From Candidatus Kapaibacterium sp. (GTDB taxonomy: Bacteria; Bacteroidota; Ignavibacteria; Kapaibacteriales; Kapaibacteriaceae), in contig VFFB01000004.1 in assembly GCA_018882585.1 (NCBI GenBank), positions 5,175 through 69,174 on the forward strand: a DNA stretch of 64,000 nucleotides, written 5' to 3'. The notes beneath the pieces are model-generated. The model made no database searches. It had not been told where the DNA came from and saw only the letters and a program-made list of their open reading frames with translations. Positions 9,142 through 20,600 of the stretch are shown here, piece after piece (within the stretch, counting starts at the first letter, position 1; every line of letters begins with the position of its first letter). Position numbers and translations under genes: made by a program.

Positions 9142-11367
9142 ATGCCCCATACCATCCAACCCATCATGCGTGCATTGGTTGCTGTTCTGGTATGTGTTGG
9201 CCTGACCTTCACTGCTTCGGCACAAGGTTCCGGAACCACGACCAAGAAGAAATCGTCCACTAAGACCACCAAGACGCAGACGTCGAAAAAGCAGAAGACA
9301 TCGGCGGCAACATCTGCCAAATCCGAGGGAACCGCCCCGGCCGCTCAAGCCGAAAAGCTTGATCTGGGCAAGCAGCCCGGACCGCTCGAGGCGACGACAT
9401 TTTCGTTCCCGGCCTTTGAAGAGTTTACCACCGAGAGTGGTCTGCACGTCTTCGTCATCGAAAACCACGAACAGCCTACGGTCAACATCAACCTGATCGT
9501 CCGCGGCGGCGAAGCCCTGGATGCAAAGGGTAAGGAAGGCGCCATTTCGATGGCCGTCGACATGCTCTCGAAGGGCACGGCAACAAGGACGGCGCAGCAG
9601 ATCGCTGAGACGATGGACGGACTTGGTGCGTCGATCTCTGGCAACGTAGGTGCCGAGGCGTCGACAATCACTGCGTCGACACTCAAGAAGCACATCGACG
9701 TTGTCATGACCGTCCTGGCCGACCAGCTCCTGAATCCGAGTTTTCCGGCTGAAGAACTGGAAAAGCTCCGCGAGCAGTATCTGGCCAATGTTGCCAGCCA
9801 GCGTTCCGAGGCCGACGAGCTGGCGCAGGCGCTTGCGCGGAAGGTCATCTACGGCATGGATCATCCGATGGCACGTCGTCAGTCGGAAGGGTCCGTCAAG
9901 AGCATCACCGTCGATGACGTCAAGAGTGCCTACGGAAGAGTCTTCATGCCCAACAACGCATCGATTGCCTTTGTGGGTGACGTTACCGTGAAAGAGGTCA
10001 AGAACTGGCTGAAGAAGCACCTCTTGACCTGGAAGAGTGGCGCCACGCCTGTGGTGGAGATGCCGCCCATGACGGTGTCGCCGCAGGGCGTCTACTTCAT
10101 CCCGCGCAAGGGCTCGGTGCAGAGTGCTGTCATCATCACGTCGAAGGCGCCGCCCGTCACCGATCCGAAGTTCGACGCGGCCTCGATTCTTGCCGCGTAC
10201 ATCGGAGGCGGCTTCGGATCGCGCTTGTTTGCGACGCTGCGCGAGACGTATTCGTGGACATACTCACCGTTTGGCTTTGTCACGCGTGGCAAGATGGGTA
10301 ATCGGTTTGCTGTTGGTGCCGAGGTCCGCACGCCGGTCACGGACTCAGCCATTCACGTCATTGTGCGCGAGGTAGCTCAGATCGTGGCCGAAGGTCCGAA
10401 CGAAGAGGACCTGCTGCGCCAGGTAGCGAATACGGCAGGGCAGTACAAGATCGCCTTCGAAAATGCCGGTACCGTTGCCTCGCTGCTGCAGAATGCATGG
10501 CAGCAGGGACGTCCGTTGGACGACGTCAAGAATCAGATCTCGCGCATCGAACTTGTGGGCGTGACTGACGTGCAGGAAGCCGCTGCCAAGTACATGGGAC
10601 TCTTCGATCTGCGCATGGTGGTCGTCGGCGATCCCGCAGTGCGGTCCATGCTTGAGCAGTTCGGAACCATCAACGAGTTTACACTCGACATTGAGCCTGT
10701 GACAGGGTCAGAGTTCGAACCCGTTCCTCTCACGATCGCCGAGCTTGTCGACAAGTACGCCAATGCCATGGGCGGGCGTGCTGCACTCGAGGCGGTCACG
10801 TCAGACAAGATGACGGGTACGGTGGAGCTGACCGTGCAGGGACAGAAGATGTCGGGCAGCTACGTGCAGACCCAGCAGGGGAACACCAAGCTTTACACGT
10901 CGTTGGATCTTGCCATGATGAAGCAGGCAAGCTGGTTCGATGGAACCACCGCATGGTTCTCGATCGGAGGCAGCAAGCCGGGTGTTGCACCCGATGATCA
11001 GCGTGAGCAGCTCCGTGCCGATGCCGTGATCTTTCCGGCGCTGCGCCTTGCCGCACCGGAACGCAATGCCCAGATCAAGGGCAGGCGTGGAGGTCTGATC
11101 TACGTCGATGTAACGTCACCTTCGGGACGCGCCGAGCGCTATGGCTTCGATGCCGAGACCTATCTCCTGACGCGTGTCGAGTATGACGAGACAACACCCA
11201 ATGGCCCATTGACGGTTGTAACGACCTACGGCGACTATTCCGACGTTGCCGGCGTCAAGATGGCCAACACCATCACCATGGCCAATCCCATCTACACCCT
11301 TACGGTCAAGGGAACGCACCTCGTCAATCAAGCGATCGACGACGCCACGTTCCGTCCGGCAGAGTGA
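9142..11367 (+). CDS. M16 family peptidase, non-catalytic partner subunit with a Lys/Thr/Ser-rich linker and an extra ~230-aa C-terminal domain
   Basis: 741 aa, starting 3 nt after the upstream M16 gene. The M16 fold is collinear (two domains) but no HxxEH is seen. A low-complexity segment, TTKKKSSTKTTKTQTSKKQKTS, follows the signal peptide. The C-terminal extension (from ...YANAMGGRAALEAV...) resembles LolA/DUF4292-like lipoprotein-carrier folds; that is inference. Confidence 0.8.
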   Translation: MPHTIQPIMRALVAVLVCVGLTFTASAQGSGTTTKKKSSTKTTKTQTSKKQKTSAATSAKSEGTAPAAQAEKLDLGKQPGPLEATTFSFPAFEEFTTESGLHVFVIENHEQPTVNINLIVRGGEALDAKGKEGAISMAVDMLSKGTATRTAQQIAETMDGLGASISGNVGAEASTITASTLKKHIDVVMTVLADQLLNPSFPAEELEKLREQYLANVASQRSEADELAQALARKVIYGMDHPMARRQSEGSVKSITVDDVKSAYGRVFMPNNASIAFVGDVTVKEVKNWLKKHLLTWKSGATPVVEMPPMTVSPQGVYFIPRKGSVQSAVIITSKAPPVTDPKFDAASILAAYIGGGFGSRLFATLRETYSWTYSPFGFVTRGKMGNRFAVGAEVRTPVTDSAIHVIVREVAQIVAEGPNEEDLLRQVANTAGQYKIAFENAGTVASLLQNAWQQGRPLDDVKNQISRIELVGVTDVQEAAAKYMGLFDLRMVVVGDPAVRSMLEQFGTINEFTLDIEPVTGSEFEPVPLTIAELVDKYANAMGGRAALEAVTSDKMTGTVELTVQGQKMSGSYVQTQQGNTKLYTSLDLAMMKQASWFDGTTAWFSIGGSKPGVAPDDQREQLRADAVIFPALRLAAPERNAQIKGRRGGLIYVDVTSPSGRAERYGFDAETYLLTRVEYDETTPNGPLTVVTTYGDYSDVAGVKMANTITMANPIYTLTVKGTHLVNQAIDDATFRPAE

Positions 11368-11385
11368 TCCTGCTACAAAGGGGCC

Positions 11386-12075
11386 ATGCAATTCCTTGAT
11401 GTCTTTCGCGCCATGGTGCTCGCTCTGCGAGCACCATGGCGCGTTGCCGATTACGTGGACCGTCGGGCGACGACGTTCTTCGCCGTGGCTGTGCTGTGCG
11501 TAACCGCAGTCAATGTTGTTGCAACGCTCAACACGCAGGCCGACGCGCAGTTAAGCGCCGAGGCAGCGTTGCTCACGCCGAAGCCCGAGGCCAGCGGTGG
11601 CGTCGATCTGCGTCAGTCCGGCCGCCAAGTCACAGCCATTCTGGGTGGGGCGGTCTTCACCACAAGTATGAGCATCATCGTCCTTGCAGGATTGATGATG
11701 GTGGTCGGTCGATTTCTGACGGACCAGCCTTATCGCTACGGACACGCCATCATTGTCACGTCAGGTGCCTCGGCCATTGTCATGCTGCGTGTGGTTGTCG
11801 AGACTTCGCTGCAGTTGGCGACGCATTCCGTGCGATGGGGTCCGCATCTTGGTATTGTTGTCGATCCGTCAGCGTCGCCCTATGTGTTTGCTGCGCTGCA
11901 GCGGGTGGATGTCTTCACCCTGTGGGAGTACGTTGTCATTGCCATCGGACTCGTCCGCACGCAAGGACTGCATGACCGTTTCGGCTATGTCATCGGTCTG
12001 GTGGTCTGGCTGCTTATGATCATCCTGTTTAGTGGCGCCACGACCGTGGCCTCTGTCCTTGCTAAGGCATCCTGA
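11386..12075 (+). CDS. Multi-pass membrane protein (Yip1-domain-like)
   Basis: 229 aa with about 5 hydrophobic helices. It lies 18 nt after the M16 pair on the same strand. The Yip1 family call is tentative. Confidence 0.55.
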   Translation: MQFLDVFRAMVLALRAPWRVADYVDRRATTFFAVAVLCVTAVNVVATLNTQADAQLSAEAALLTPKPEASGGVDLRQSGRQVTAILGGAVFTTSMSIIVLAGLMMVVGRFLTDQPYRYGHAIIVTSGASAIVMLRVVVETSLQLATHSVRWGPHLGIVVDPSASPYVFAALQRVDVFTLWEYVVIAIGLVRTQGLHDRFGYVIGLVVWLLMIILFSGATTVASVLAKAS

Positions 12076-12294
12076 TATCCTAGTCTATCCCGCTACGGCA
12101 GTTCGGTTGGCCACACTGTAACAACTCTCGCCCAACCCTGTCTAGCACTACATGCCGTCTTTATGGCGACGCGTGACGCGGTCGTACTACGAGCTTCTGC
12201 GAATGTTGTGCTGCGCTGCTGGTGTGAGCATGCGATCACCGTCAGCACCTTTCCACAGCCTAGGTTTCAACCAATGTCAGGTCGCAAAAGTTGG

Positions 12295-12302
12295 TATATT
12301 TG
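12295..12302 (+). promoter_or_regulatory. Candidate Bacteroidetes-type -7 promoter box (TAnnTTTG)
   Basis: TATATTTG lies 27 nt upstream of ATG 12330 in a 254-nt intergenic gap. It matches the TAnnTTTG consensus described for Bacteroidetes sigma-A promoters. Confidence 0.35.
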
Positions 12303-12329
12303 GCCCACTCTTTTCACTCGGAGAACTCA

Positions 12330-14360
12330 ATGCTGCGATTTGCTACGCCTTTCGCCTTTCTTCTCTGTCTGCTTCCCGTAACACCTGCCACGAGCGTGGC
12401 ACAGCAAGCCATTGTGCGGCCCGACGTGCTTTCTGTCGGTGCCGGAACGACGTGGCCAAAGCCCGGTTATGACATTGCGCCGCTGCCCATGCATCACATC
12501 GACGATGTGGTGCGTGATGTGCGTCGTGTGACAGACCGTCTGCCGAAGGCCGTGGATGCGCGCACGCAGGAAACGGCACCGGGCGTCCAGGTAGGGAAGA
12601 CCTATTACGACTTCCAGACGAATGGTGCCATGGCCAACCGTTTGACGTATTACAGCGACGGTGGCGAAACATACGTGCAGATGCTTTGGATGGTCTCGGA
12701 AGACCCGACCCGCGAGGCATCAACCGGTGCACTTGGTGCGAATCCCGCACGTGGTTCGTTCTACAACTTCATCGACGTCGCCAACCCATCCGAGCCGGTG
12801 GTCGTGATCGACAAGTGGAAGCGTCTCGAGCCAGATCGTGCCGGCTGGCCGTCGGCCATCCAGTTTTCCGATGGATCCTTGGGAACCCCGTCGCATGTGC
12901 CCATTCGCTTCTTCCGTAACGGCTCGGTCGGCGACGACATCTTCGTTGGCGGCGTTGTGCCCACGGTCGGCGACGAACGCCTGTGGCCCCGTGCAGCCGT
13001 TGGCAACGACGACGTGATTCACCTTATCTACAGCAGCCGCTCGGCAGACAATACGACATCGCAGGTGTATTACCGTCGCTCCACCGATTACGGAGAAAAC
13101 TGGGAGGCCGAAGTCCAGTTCACCGGTGCATCGGGCCTCGGCTCATCGCAGCAGAATCCGCTCTATAACAGCCTTGGTGGCGACACGTACTGTGTTGCTG
13201 CACGTGGCGATACCGTCGCCGTGCTATATCTGGACAACCCCGTGCGCCAGCTTTGGATGCGCATGTCGACAGACAACGGTGCCACCTGGCCCCTTGAAAG
13301 CACACGAGTTCTGTTTGGACCGCAATGGAAAGAGATCGACTCATCTGACTACAATGTCGACGGTGTCGATAGCGTCCTGATCAAGACGGACACGGCCCTT
13401 ACGCCGGGACATGACATCGACGCCATCATTGACTCGAAGGGTGTCGTCCACTTCGTCTTCTCTGAGCACTACAGCTCGGTACAATGGCGTCGTCAGGCTG
13501 ACCAGACGAATCGCAGTGGCACCATCTATACGGACATGGTCACGGATCAATCGTTCGTTGGAGCCGGTCTGTGGTATGGCAACACCTCGGAAAACCTCGT
13601 GTACAAGATGGCTCCGGTTGGAGGCAAGGACGGATGGGACGGCGTTGGCAAGTTTGTGAACCGTCGATTCTACTCTGGCGGCAGCCGCTTCCCGCAGTTC
13701 GGTATTGATACCAAGGACAACCTGTATCTGACGTACACCTCGGTGAAGTCGGGAGACTTCGAGACGGTCCAGATCGACACGACGCCCACGTTCACGGCGG
13801 GCGAGACGGATACGCTGAGTGATGTCGACGGCTTGTTTGGCCACATCTTCGTGACGCACAAGCTTGCCGCCTACAACTTCTGGTCCGACCCGGTCGATCT
13901 TACGCCGACGGGCCTGAACTGCCAGTTCGGAACGATGGCCGACAACGTTGCCGACGATCACATGTACATCGCCTACTCTTGGAACGAGACGCCGGGCGAT
14001 CACGTGACCAATACGGAACTGCCGGAGGAGTTTACGAACATCAACTTCATGGCCGTACCTACGTCGCGACTGAACGTCATCAACACCGTTCAGGAGGATG
14101 CCGATGCATCGACGATCGAACTTGTGCCGAACCCTGCAAACGACAAGGTCACGGTGCGCCTTGGCTCGATGGCCTCAGCCAATGTTACCATGTCTGTGAT
14201 CTCGTCGCTTGGCGAGGTCATGATGACATCAACCTCGCCGATGGGCCACGTTGCTCACGGAGTCACCATTGCGACACAAGGGCTGCCTACGGGCACGTAC
14301 CTCGTTGTCGTCGAAGCTGATGGTCAGCGCATTTCCAAGCAGCTGAGCATCGTTCGCTAA
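12330..14360 (+). CDS. Secreted BNR/Asp-box repeat (sialidase-like beta-propeller) protein with T9SS C-terminal sorting domain
   Basis: Start taken at ATG 12330 (MLRFATPFAFLLCLLPVTPATSVAQQ signal peptide); the track ORF begins at 12291. Asp-boxes are STDYGENW and STDNGATW. The C-terminus VPNPANDKVTVRL...LPTGTYLVVVEADGQRISKQLSIVR is a T9SS CTD. Confidence 0.85.
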   Translation: MLRFATPFAFLLCLLPVTPATSVAQQAIVRPDVLSVGAGTTWPKPGYDIAPLPMHHIDDVVRDVRRVTDRLPKAVDARTQETAPGVQVGKTYYDFQTNGAMANRLTYYSDGGETYVQMLWMVSEDPTREASTGALGANPARGSFYNFIDVANPSEPVVVIDKWKRLEPDRAGWPSAIQFSDGSLGTPSHVPIRFFRNGSVGDDIFVGGVVPTVGDERLWPRAAVGNDDVIHLIYSSRSADNTTSQVYYRRSTDYGENWEAEVQFTGASGLGSSQQNPLYNSLGGDTYCVAARGDTVAVLYLDNPVRQLWMRMSTDNGATWPLESTRVLFGPQWKEIDSSDYNVDGVDSVLIKTDTALTPGHDIDAIIDSKGVVHFVFSEHYSSVQWRRQADQTNRSGTIYTDMVTDQSFVGAGLWYGNTSENLVYKMAPVGGKDGWDGVGKFVNRRFYSGGSRFPQFGIDTKDNLYLTYTSVKSGDFETVQIDTTPTFTAGETDTLSDVDGLFGHIFVTHKLAAYNFWSDPVDLTPTGLNCQFGTMADNVADDHMYIAYSWNETPGDHVTNTELPEEFTNINFMAVPTSRLNVINTVQEDADASTIELVPNPANDKVTVRLGSMASANVTMSVISSLGEVMMTSTSPMGHVAHGVTIATQGLPTGTYLVVVEADGQRISKQLSIVR

Positions 14361-14401
14361 TCTCCTTGTCCACTACGCAGAAATCACCGGGAGTAACATC
14401 C

Positions 14402-17400
14402 ATGATCCGTAGAGTACTCATTGCCCTTGTCGCGCTGGCGGCCATCGCATCACCTGCCCTTGCCGGCATTCACGGCATTCTGACGGGTAAGGTCGTCGAC
14501 AGCGATAAAAAGCCATTGGTAGGTGCCACCATTCGTGTACTTGGTACAACAAAGGGAGGCATCTCGAAAGCAGGTGGCAAGTTCACTATCGTCAACATCG
14601 TTGCCGGCAGTTACGACGTGCGCGTCACGGCCATTGGCTATGACACGATCACGAAGAACGTGCGCATCAATGCCGACCAGACCGTGACGATGGACTTCAC
14701 CCTGACGCAAGGCGGTGGTACGTTGATGAAGGACGTTGTGATCCAAGCCAATCGCGAGCTTGTGCGATCGACAGACGTTGGAACAGACCGTGTGCTCGAC
14801 ACCAAGGCGCTGACGTCGGTGTCGCGTGACAACGTCGCCTCGGCACTGTCGCTGCAGGCAGGTATCACGGCATCGGGCAACTCGTTCGTTGTTCGCGGTT
14901 CGCGTACAACAGAAACGCAGGTGCTGGTTGACGGTCTGGCCGTCACGGACCAATTCGCCGGTGGTCTGGGTAACTCCGGTGCCACGGTGTCTGCCGCCAT
15001 GCCCAGCCCGTATGCAACGGAACAGGTGCAGGCAAAGACTGGTGGTTTCGGTGCAGAGTACGGTAATGCAACGGGCGGCGTGGTGAACACGGTCGTTCGT
15101 ACTGGTCGTGATGACCGTTTCGAGGGACTGCTCGCATGGCGGAAGGACGTACCCTTCCTGTTCGGTAAGGCTGGCAACGGTATCCAGTCTGGCTATCCGC
15201 TCGAAGACCTTGTTGACGTGACCTTCAGCGGTCCGATGGGCTTCGGCGGCTCGACATTCTTCGTTGCCGTCCGGAACACCTATCAGAATCACCGGAACTA
15301 CGACCTGCAAGTCCTTGATCCCTACGGTAACAATCTCGGTCTGCAACCGAACAACCGTACGTGGTCGCGGAACATCACAGGCCGCATGCGCTTCGAGTTC
15401 ACTCCGCAACTGACCATGCTCGTCGGCGGTATGTATGGTCTTGTCAATGGCGAGCGTAACGGCTGGTCATGGCTCTATGCAAACGACGAAGGCATGCTCG
15501 TCGACAATGCCGGTTATCCGATCCTTGATGGCAATGGCAACGTCCAGATGAACGGCATTCCTACGCGTAACGCCAAGCAGATCGCCGTTCAGGAGTTCAG
15601 CGATAATGCATTTGCGCAGATCAATCATCAACTCAGCAACAATACGTTCTACGAACTCCGTGTGTCTGTCAATGGAAAGACGACCGAAACCGGACGTCGT
15701 GTGAATGCCGAACAGCCCGACATCTTCACGGGATGGGAGCTCTATTATCCTGTCGACAATTTGAGCATCTCGGATACCCTCTATGTCGACGGACCCAACG
15801 CCATCCTTGACGCATACGACTACATTCGTACGACGCGTCGCACGGAAGACGGCCTGCTGGCCACCGAGGTCACGGCACCCAACCCGATCACAGGATACAC
15901 GGAAGGTCCCGGAGATGCCTATTCCACGGCCAATCCGTACGGTCTGATCAATTACTTCTTCGCACGGGGTAATGAAGGGGGCGTTGACTTCCGTCGTGCT
16001 CGCTTCCTGCAGGTTGACGGTAACATCACGTCGAACCTTGAGATCGGCGAAACACGGCACGTGCTCAAGGCCGGTATTGAGTTCCGTTCGATGACGCTGT
16101 CGCGTCACTACAACGGCAATCCCTGGGATGGTTCGCCCTTCGTTGACGTCTACGGTTCCGACTACAGCGACGGCAACATCTACCTTGGCGTCGATCAGGA
16201 CCAGCTCACGCCTGCCATTCAGCGTGCCCAGGAACGTTCCCGCCAGCCGTACTCGCCGATCACCGGCGGTCTCTTCGTCCAGGATCAGATCATGTTCAAG
16301 GGACTTGTGTTTACACCTGGTCTCCGCTTCGACTACATGGACGCCAATGCCGAGTATCGCGAGTTCTATGATCGGTTCTATCCCTATGGTTCGGACATCG
16401 GGTTCAAGGATGCAGAGCCGAAGCTCTATATCTCACCTCGTATGACGATCACCTATCCGATCTCGGAACGGCAGAACGTTCGTCTGGCCTACGGTATCTA
16501 CTACATGGCTCCGCCATTTGCCGAGTTCTACGACTCGTTCAACGCAGTACAGCTTCGGGGCAGTCAATCGCTTGGCAATCCCAACCTCGAGATGCAGCGT
16601 ACGAATCAATACGAAGTGTCGTACAATCACCAGCTGACAGACGATCTGGCCATTACGGCAACGGGCTTCTACAAGGACATTTACAACCAGTCTGGTCTTG
16701 CCTTCGTGCGGATCACGCCGATCCCGTTCTATCAGCGCGTGCTCTCTGATTACGGTACTGCCCGTGGTATTGAGATGACGTTCCAGAAGCGCACCAGCGA
16801 CAACTGGGGCTTCAACCTGAACTACACGCTGCAGTCTGCAACGGGCACGGCGAACAACAGCGGTACAGCTGCGGCCATCGACCCGCAAACGGAGCAGCCG
16901 GCGCTTCCCGTCGAGCCCTTCCCGTTGGGCTTCGACCGTCGCCATCGATTCAACGCCGTTTTCAATCTGGAGTGGGCTGAAGGCGAAGGACCGCGCATCG
17001 GTGGCATTCCCTTCCTTGAGCGCTTCTCGGTCAACTTCTCAGGCTTCTGGCAAACAGGTCTGCCATACACGCCCGTCGATGGTCGTGGTCAGGCAGCAGG
17101 CCAGCTGAACTCGGCTCGCTTCCCGTCGAACTGGAACTCGGAGCTGCGCATCATCCGCACGATTCCGCTCAGTGGATTGCTTGGAGGCAACACCTCCATG
17201 GACATCTTCATGGACTTCTTCAACCTGCTCAACTACACCGGCGCCATCGCCTTCTATCCGCGAACGGGAAGCCCCGACAACGATGGTTCGGCACTGTTGC
17301 GCCAGCCGGGTGACTTCCCGGCAACTGCCTACTTCAAGACAGGTGATCCGGGTCGGAAGGAAACATTCTCGACCGCGCAGTACGACCGTGTCGGACGTAG

Positions 17401-17557
17401 GTTGTACAATGAGCGCGTCGACTTCAATCGTGACGGAATTCAGACACCCGATGAAACCTACCGCGGCTACCAGGAGTATGTCGCTACGGTGATCAGCCTG
17501 CGCGGCAACTATCAGGATCCGCGCGCGGTCTACTTTGGTGTGCGCTTCCGCTTCTGA
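14402..17557 (+). CDS. TonB-dependent outer-membrane receptor with N-terminal carboxypeptidase-regulatory-like domain
   Basis: ATG 14402 gives signal peptide MIRRVLIALVALAAIASPALAG. The CarboxypepD_reg-like segment is GKVVDSDKKPLVGATIRVLG...GSYDVRVTAIGYD. A plug region (SFVVRGSRTTETQVLVDGLAV) and a long barrel ending in the aromatic terminus ...YFGVRFRF follow. Confidence 0.9.
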   Translation: MIRRVLIALVALAAIASPALAGIHGILTGKVVDSDKKPLVGATIRVLGTTKGGISKAGGKFTIVNIVAGSYDVRVTAIGYDTITKNVRINADQTVTMDFTLTQGGGTLMKDVVIQANRELVRSTDVGTDRVLDTKALTSVSRDNVASALSLQAGITASGNSFVVRGSRTTETQVLVDGLAVTDQFAGGLGNSGATVSAAMPSPYATEQVQAKTGGFGAEYGNATGGVVNTVVRTGRDDRFEGLLAWRKDVPFLFGKAGNGIQSGYPLEDLVDVTFSGPMGFGGSTFFVAVRNTYQNHRNYDLQVLDPYGNNLGLQPNNRTWSRNITGRMRFEFTPQLTMLVGGMYGLVNGERNGWSWLYANDEGMLVDNAGYPILDGNGNVQMNGIPTRNAKQIAVQEFSDNAFAQINHQLSNNTFYELRVSVNGKTTETGRRVNAEQPDIFTGWELYYPVDNLSISDTLYVDGPNAILDAYDYIRTTRRTEDGLLATEVTAPNPITGYTEGPGDAYSTANPYGLINYFFARGNEGGVDFRRARFLQVDGNITSNLEIGETRHVLKAGIEFRSMTLSRHYNGNPWDGSPFVDVYGSDYSDGNIYLGVDQDQLTPAIQRAQERSRQPYSPITGGLFVQDQIMFKGLVFTPGLRFDYMDANAEYREFYDRFYPYGSDIGFKDAEPKLYISPRMTITYPISERQNVRLAYGIYYMAPPFAEFYDSFNAVQLRGSQSLGNPNLEMQRTNQYEVSYNHQLTDDLAITATGFYKDIYNQSGLAFVRITPIPFYQRVLSDYGTARGIEMTFQKRTSDNWGFNLNYTLQSATGTANNSGTAAAIDPQTEQPALPVEPFPLGFDRRHRFNAVFNLEWAEGEGPRIGGIPFLERFSVNFSGFWQTGLPYTPVDGRGQAAGQLNSARFPSNWNSELRIIRTIPLSGLLGGNTSMDIFMDFFNLLNYTGAIAFYPRTGSPDNDGSALLRQPGDFPATAYFKTGDPGRKETFSTAQYDRVGRRLYNERVDFNRDGIQTPDETYRGYQEYVATVISLRGNYQDPRAVYFGVRFRF

Positions 17558-17603
17558 TAAACTCGAAAAACAAACACGAATACTGTCAATTCACGGAGTC
17601 ATC

Positions 17604-20600
17604 ATGAACATCCGTTGGTTTCACCGGTCAGCCTTGATTGCGATCGTTGCCATGGGCATCCTTGTGATGGGTACCTCGGCGCGAACCAAGGATCCGGTCA
17701 AAACAAAAGGCGAAAAGGGAGGCGGCGAGCAGGTACAGCGTACACCGCGCTCGACGTTCGATCAACAGTCGAACATCGTTTCGAACTTTGCCTTCACGGT
17801 CACGAACTACGGCATCTTCGGTCTTGACGTTGCCGCAAGTCGTGGCGCCGGGATCTGGCCGCGCGGGTCGCAGAATCAGTACCTGTTTGGCGCCGGTGCA
17901 TGGTTCGCCGCCCTCAAGCGTCCGAAAGGTTCAACGGAACTCCGCAAGCGCGTGATCGTTGGCTATAATCCCAATTCGGGCGACAGCTGGATGGTGCCGG
18001 GTTCGATCGATGACGGATTTGAACTCCAGAACACGTCGGAAGGCCTCTACAAGAACCGTCTGTATTTCTCGACGGACTTCAACAGTGCCTCCGGTCAACC
18101 GTACGAATCGAATGCAGCATTGACGAATTGGCCGTTGTGGGACGCAGTGCCGAATGACACTCTGCGTTTCAATAACTACTACGGCTCCTACATCAACGAC
18201 ATCACGCTGCGCGAAAAGGGTATCTATCAGAAGGGCCCCGCCTTCATTTCTGAAGAAGATATTTTCTGTGTCTACAAAGACACTGACCTTGAGCGCTACG
18301 AGGGTGGTGCGGCACGCCGTTCCGCGGAAGGCTATCCTCTGGGCTTCCAGGTCGAGCAAACGATGTATTCCTGGGGCTTTGGCGACTATGCCGACATGGT
18401 CTTCGTGAAGTACCTGTTCATTCACCCGCAGCAATTCCAGGACACACTGTTCCAGTGCTGGATGGCGTCGGTGATTGACGTCGACATCGCCCTGACGACG
18501 AACTCACAGCTGGGTGCCGACAATGACCGTGCACGCTACTTCGAGGAAGAACCCGAGCTGAACCTTGCCATTCAGTGGACGAACGGCAATCGTGGGGAAT
18601 CCGGTCGTGGCTTTGGCTATCTGGGCTTCAACTTCCTTGAGAGCCCGGCTGTTGATGCTGATGGTTTCATTCGGAAGGATAAGCGTCAGTTCGCGGTGTC
18701 GGAGCAGCTTGGTCTGCAGACAATGCGTAACTGGCCGATCACGTTCGACCCTATCGAAAATGAAGAGCGATACAACTTCATGTCGTCGCGTGATAAGGAT
18801 GGCGACCAAGGTGCAGGCGACCGCCGACTCATGATGGCCACCGGTCCGTTCAACGTGAAGCCGGGCGACTCGGCTCGTATCGTCGTTGGTATCGTCCTTG
18901 CATCAACAGCACTTGGTGGCGATGCTACGGGTGAACTTGCCGACATGGCCGAGCTGACGCGTAAGGTTCGGTTCGCGCAGTTTGTCTACGACAATAACTT
19001 CCGCGCTCCTACTCCGCCGGACCCGTCGGACATCAAGGGCATGCCCTCGCCGGATCTTGCCGTGCAGATCCCGGCTGTTGGCTTCATGCCACTCAATAAT
19101 GCCGTTATCATTCAGTGGGACTCGACCGCTGAACTTTCGGTCGATACACTCGAGCGCGGCATGGATTTCCTTGGCTATCGCATCTACCGCTCACGCCGTC
19201 CGGACCTCGATACGTATGATCTCGACGAGATTGCTACGAAGCGACGCAGCCCGCTTGCGTGGAAGCAGATCGGCACGCTTGCACTGCCAAGCCCGTGGGT
19301 CAAGAGTGTCAATGTTGCTGGCTCGAGCGGTGTTCGCATCGATGAGTTCGAACTGGCAGACCCTATCAAGCCAGGTCAGCGCCGATTCCTTGTCGCACGC
19401 AGTCCCTCGACGGCTGGTCCATGGGGCAAGTACTTCACGGAGTTGATCAATTCGCGCCCGGCATCATACCGCGTGCAGTCGAAAGCTGATTCGATGCTTG
19501 ACGTGACACGCTTTGATACGTTCGACAAGTCCCGCTTTGTCTACTTGACAACACAATTCGAAGATCTCCCGCGTGTTCGCCGCGGCTCCGCTGCAGCCGG
19601 TACGTTCGGCGGTAACTTCCTGTTGGACACTGTCGAAGCGAAGGCTGCCAAGGATTCGCTGATCAAGCTCATCCAGGCCCGTCGCGTGAAGATGGAACCC
19701 CTTCTGTTTGCCGACACGGTGCAGTTTGATTCCGCCGGTACCAAGATCGTGAAGAACGTCCTGCGTCCGTGGGAAGAGACAAGTGCGATTCGCCATGGCG
19801 TTTTTTCACCGTACATGCGGTCGTTGCGCGGAGGCAAGTTCCTTGGTGCACGTACATTCTTCGACGACGGTGATGATAACGGTGACGGCCGGATCAATTA
19901 CACAGCAAATCCGCTCCAATCCGAAAAGCTCATCAACAATGTCGATTACTACTATGCCGTGCGTGCATTCGACGAAGGCGACTACTTGCTCCCGACGCCA
20001 CAGAAGTTGAACGGCAAGGCCGTTGGTCTGCCCAACGTCATCAATGTGCGTCCAGCCGCGGCGCGAGCCGGAGATGCACCGTCGGTTTCGCTTAGCGTTA
20101 GCGACGAAATGCGTGATCGTCTTGGTGGTATCTACAACATCCGTCTGCTCATCAAGGAGCCGCAGAAGTTCAATCAGATGTTTGCTGGCCGGAATCTCGA
20201 GCTTGAGTTCTACCGCGAATGGTCAAGAACAGACGGTGATCAGAATCAGCAAACCACAGATGATCAGATCGGTCTCTATGGTGTTACGATGTTCTTGCGT
20301 GACAAGGACTCGCGTCAAACGATCGGTGCATGGACGTCACTGTTGCCTCCCGAGCTCTGCCCCTCGGTGAATGTCTTCACGACACGTGGCGGAGCCCCCG
20401 GATACTTCACGGAGAACTCCAGCACATGGGTCGATACCAACCAGGTACGTATCGATACGATCTACACCAATCCGATCACGATCGATACGGTGGACTTTGG
20501 ATTGCCCGACAATACCGACAAGATCCTGCGCTATGGTACGTACACCTCAGATGCTGCCTGCTTCGGTCCTTCGGGCTATGCACTTGGCGTCGTTGGTCTG

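Noticed and set aside
8710-10020. Long antisense ORFs opposite well-supported genes: 8710..10020, 13341..14003, 14450..15409, 25273..26352, 29103..30188, 30485..31378, 32398..33639 and 36374..37708
   Set aside because: Each lies entirely opposite a gene with clear family motifs (M16, BNR, TonB receptor, GT9, BatA, M61, TPR, NuoL). Their translations are Arg/Gly/His-rich with no recognisable motifs. This is the usual stop-codon-poor antisense frame of GC-rich coding DNA.
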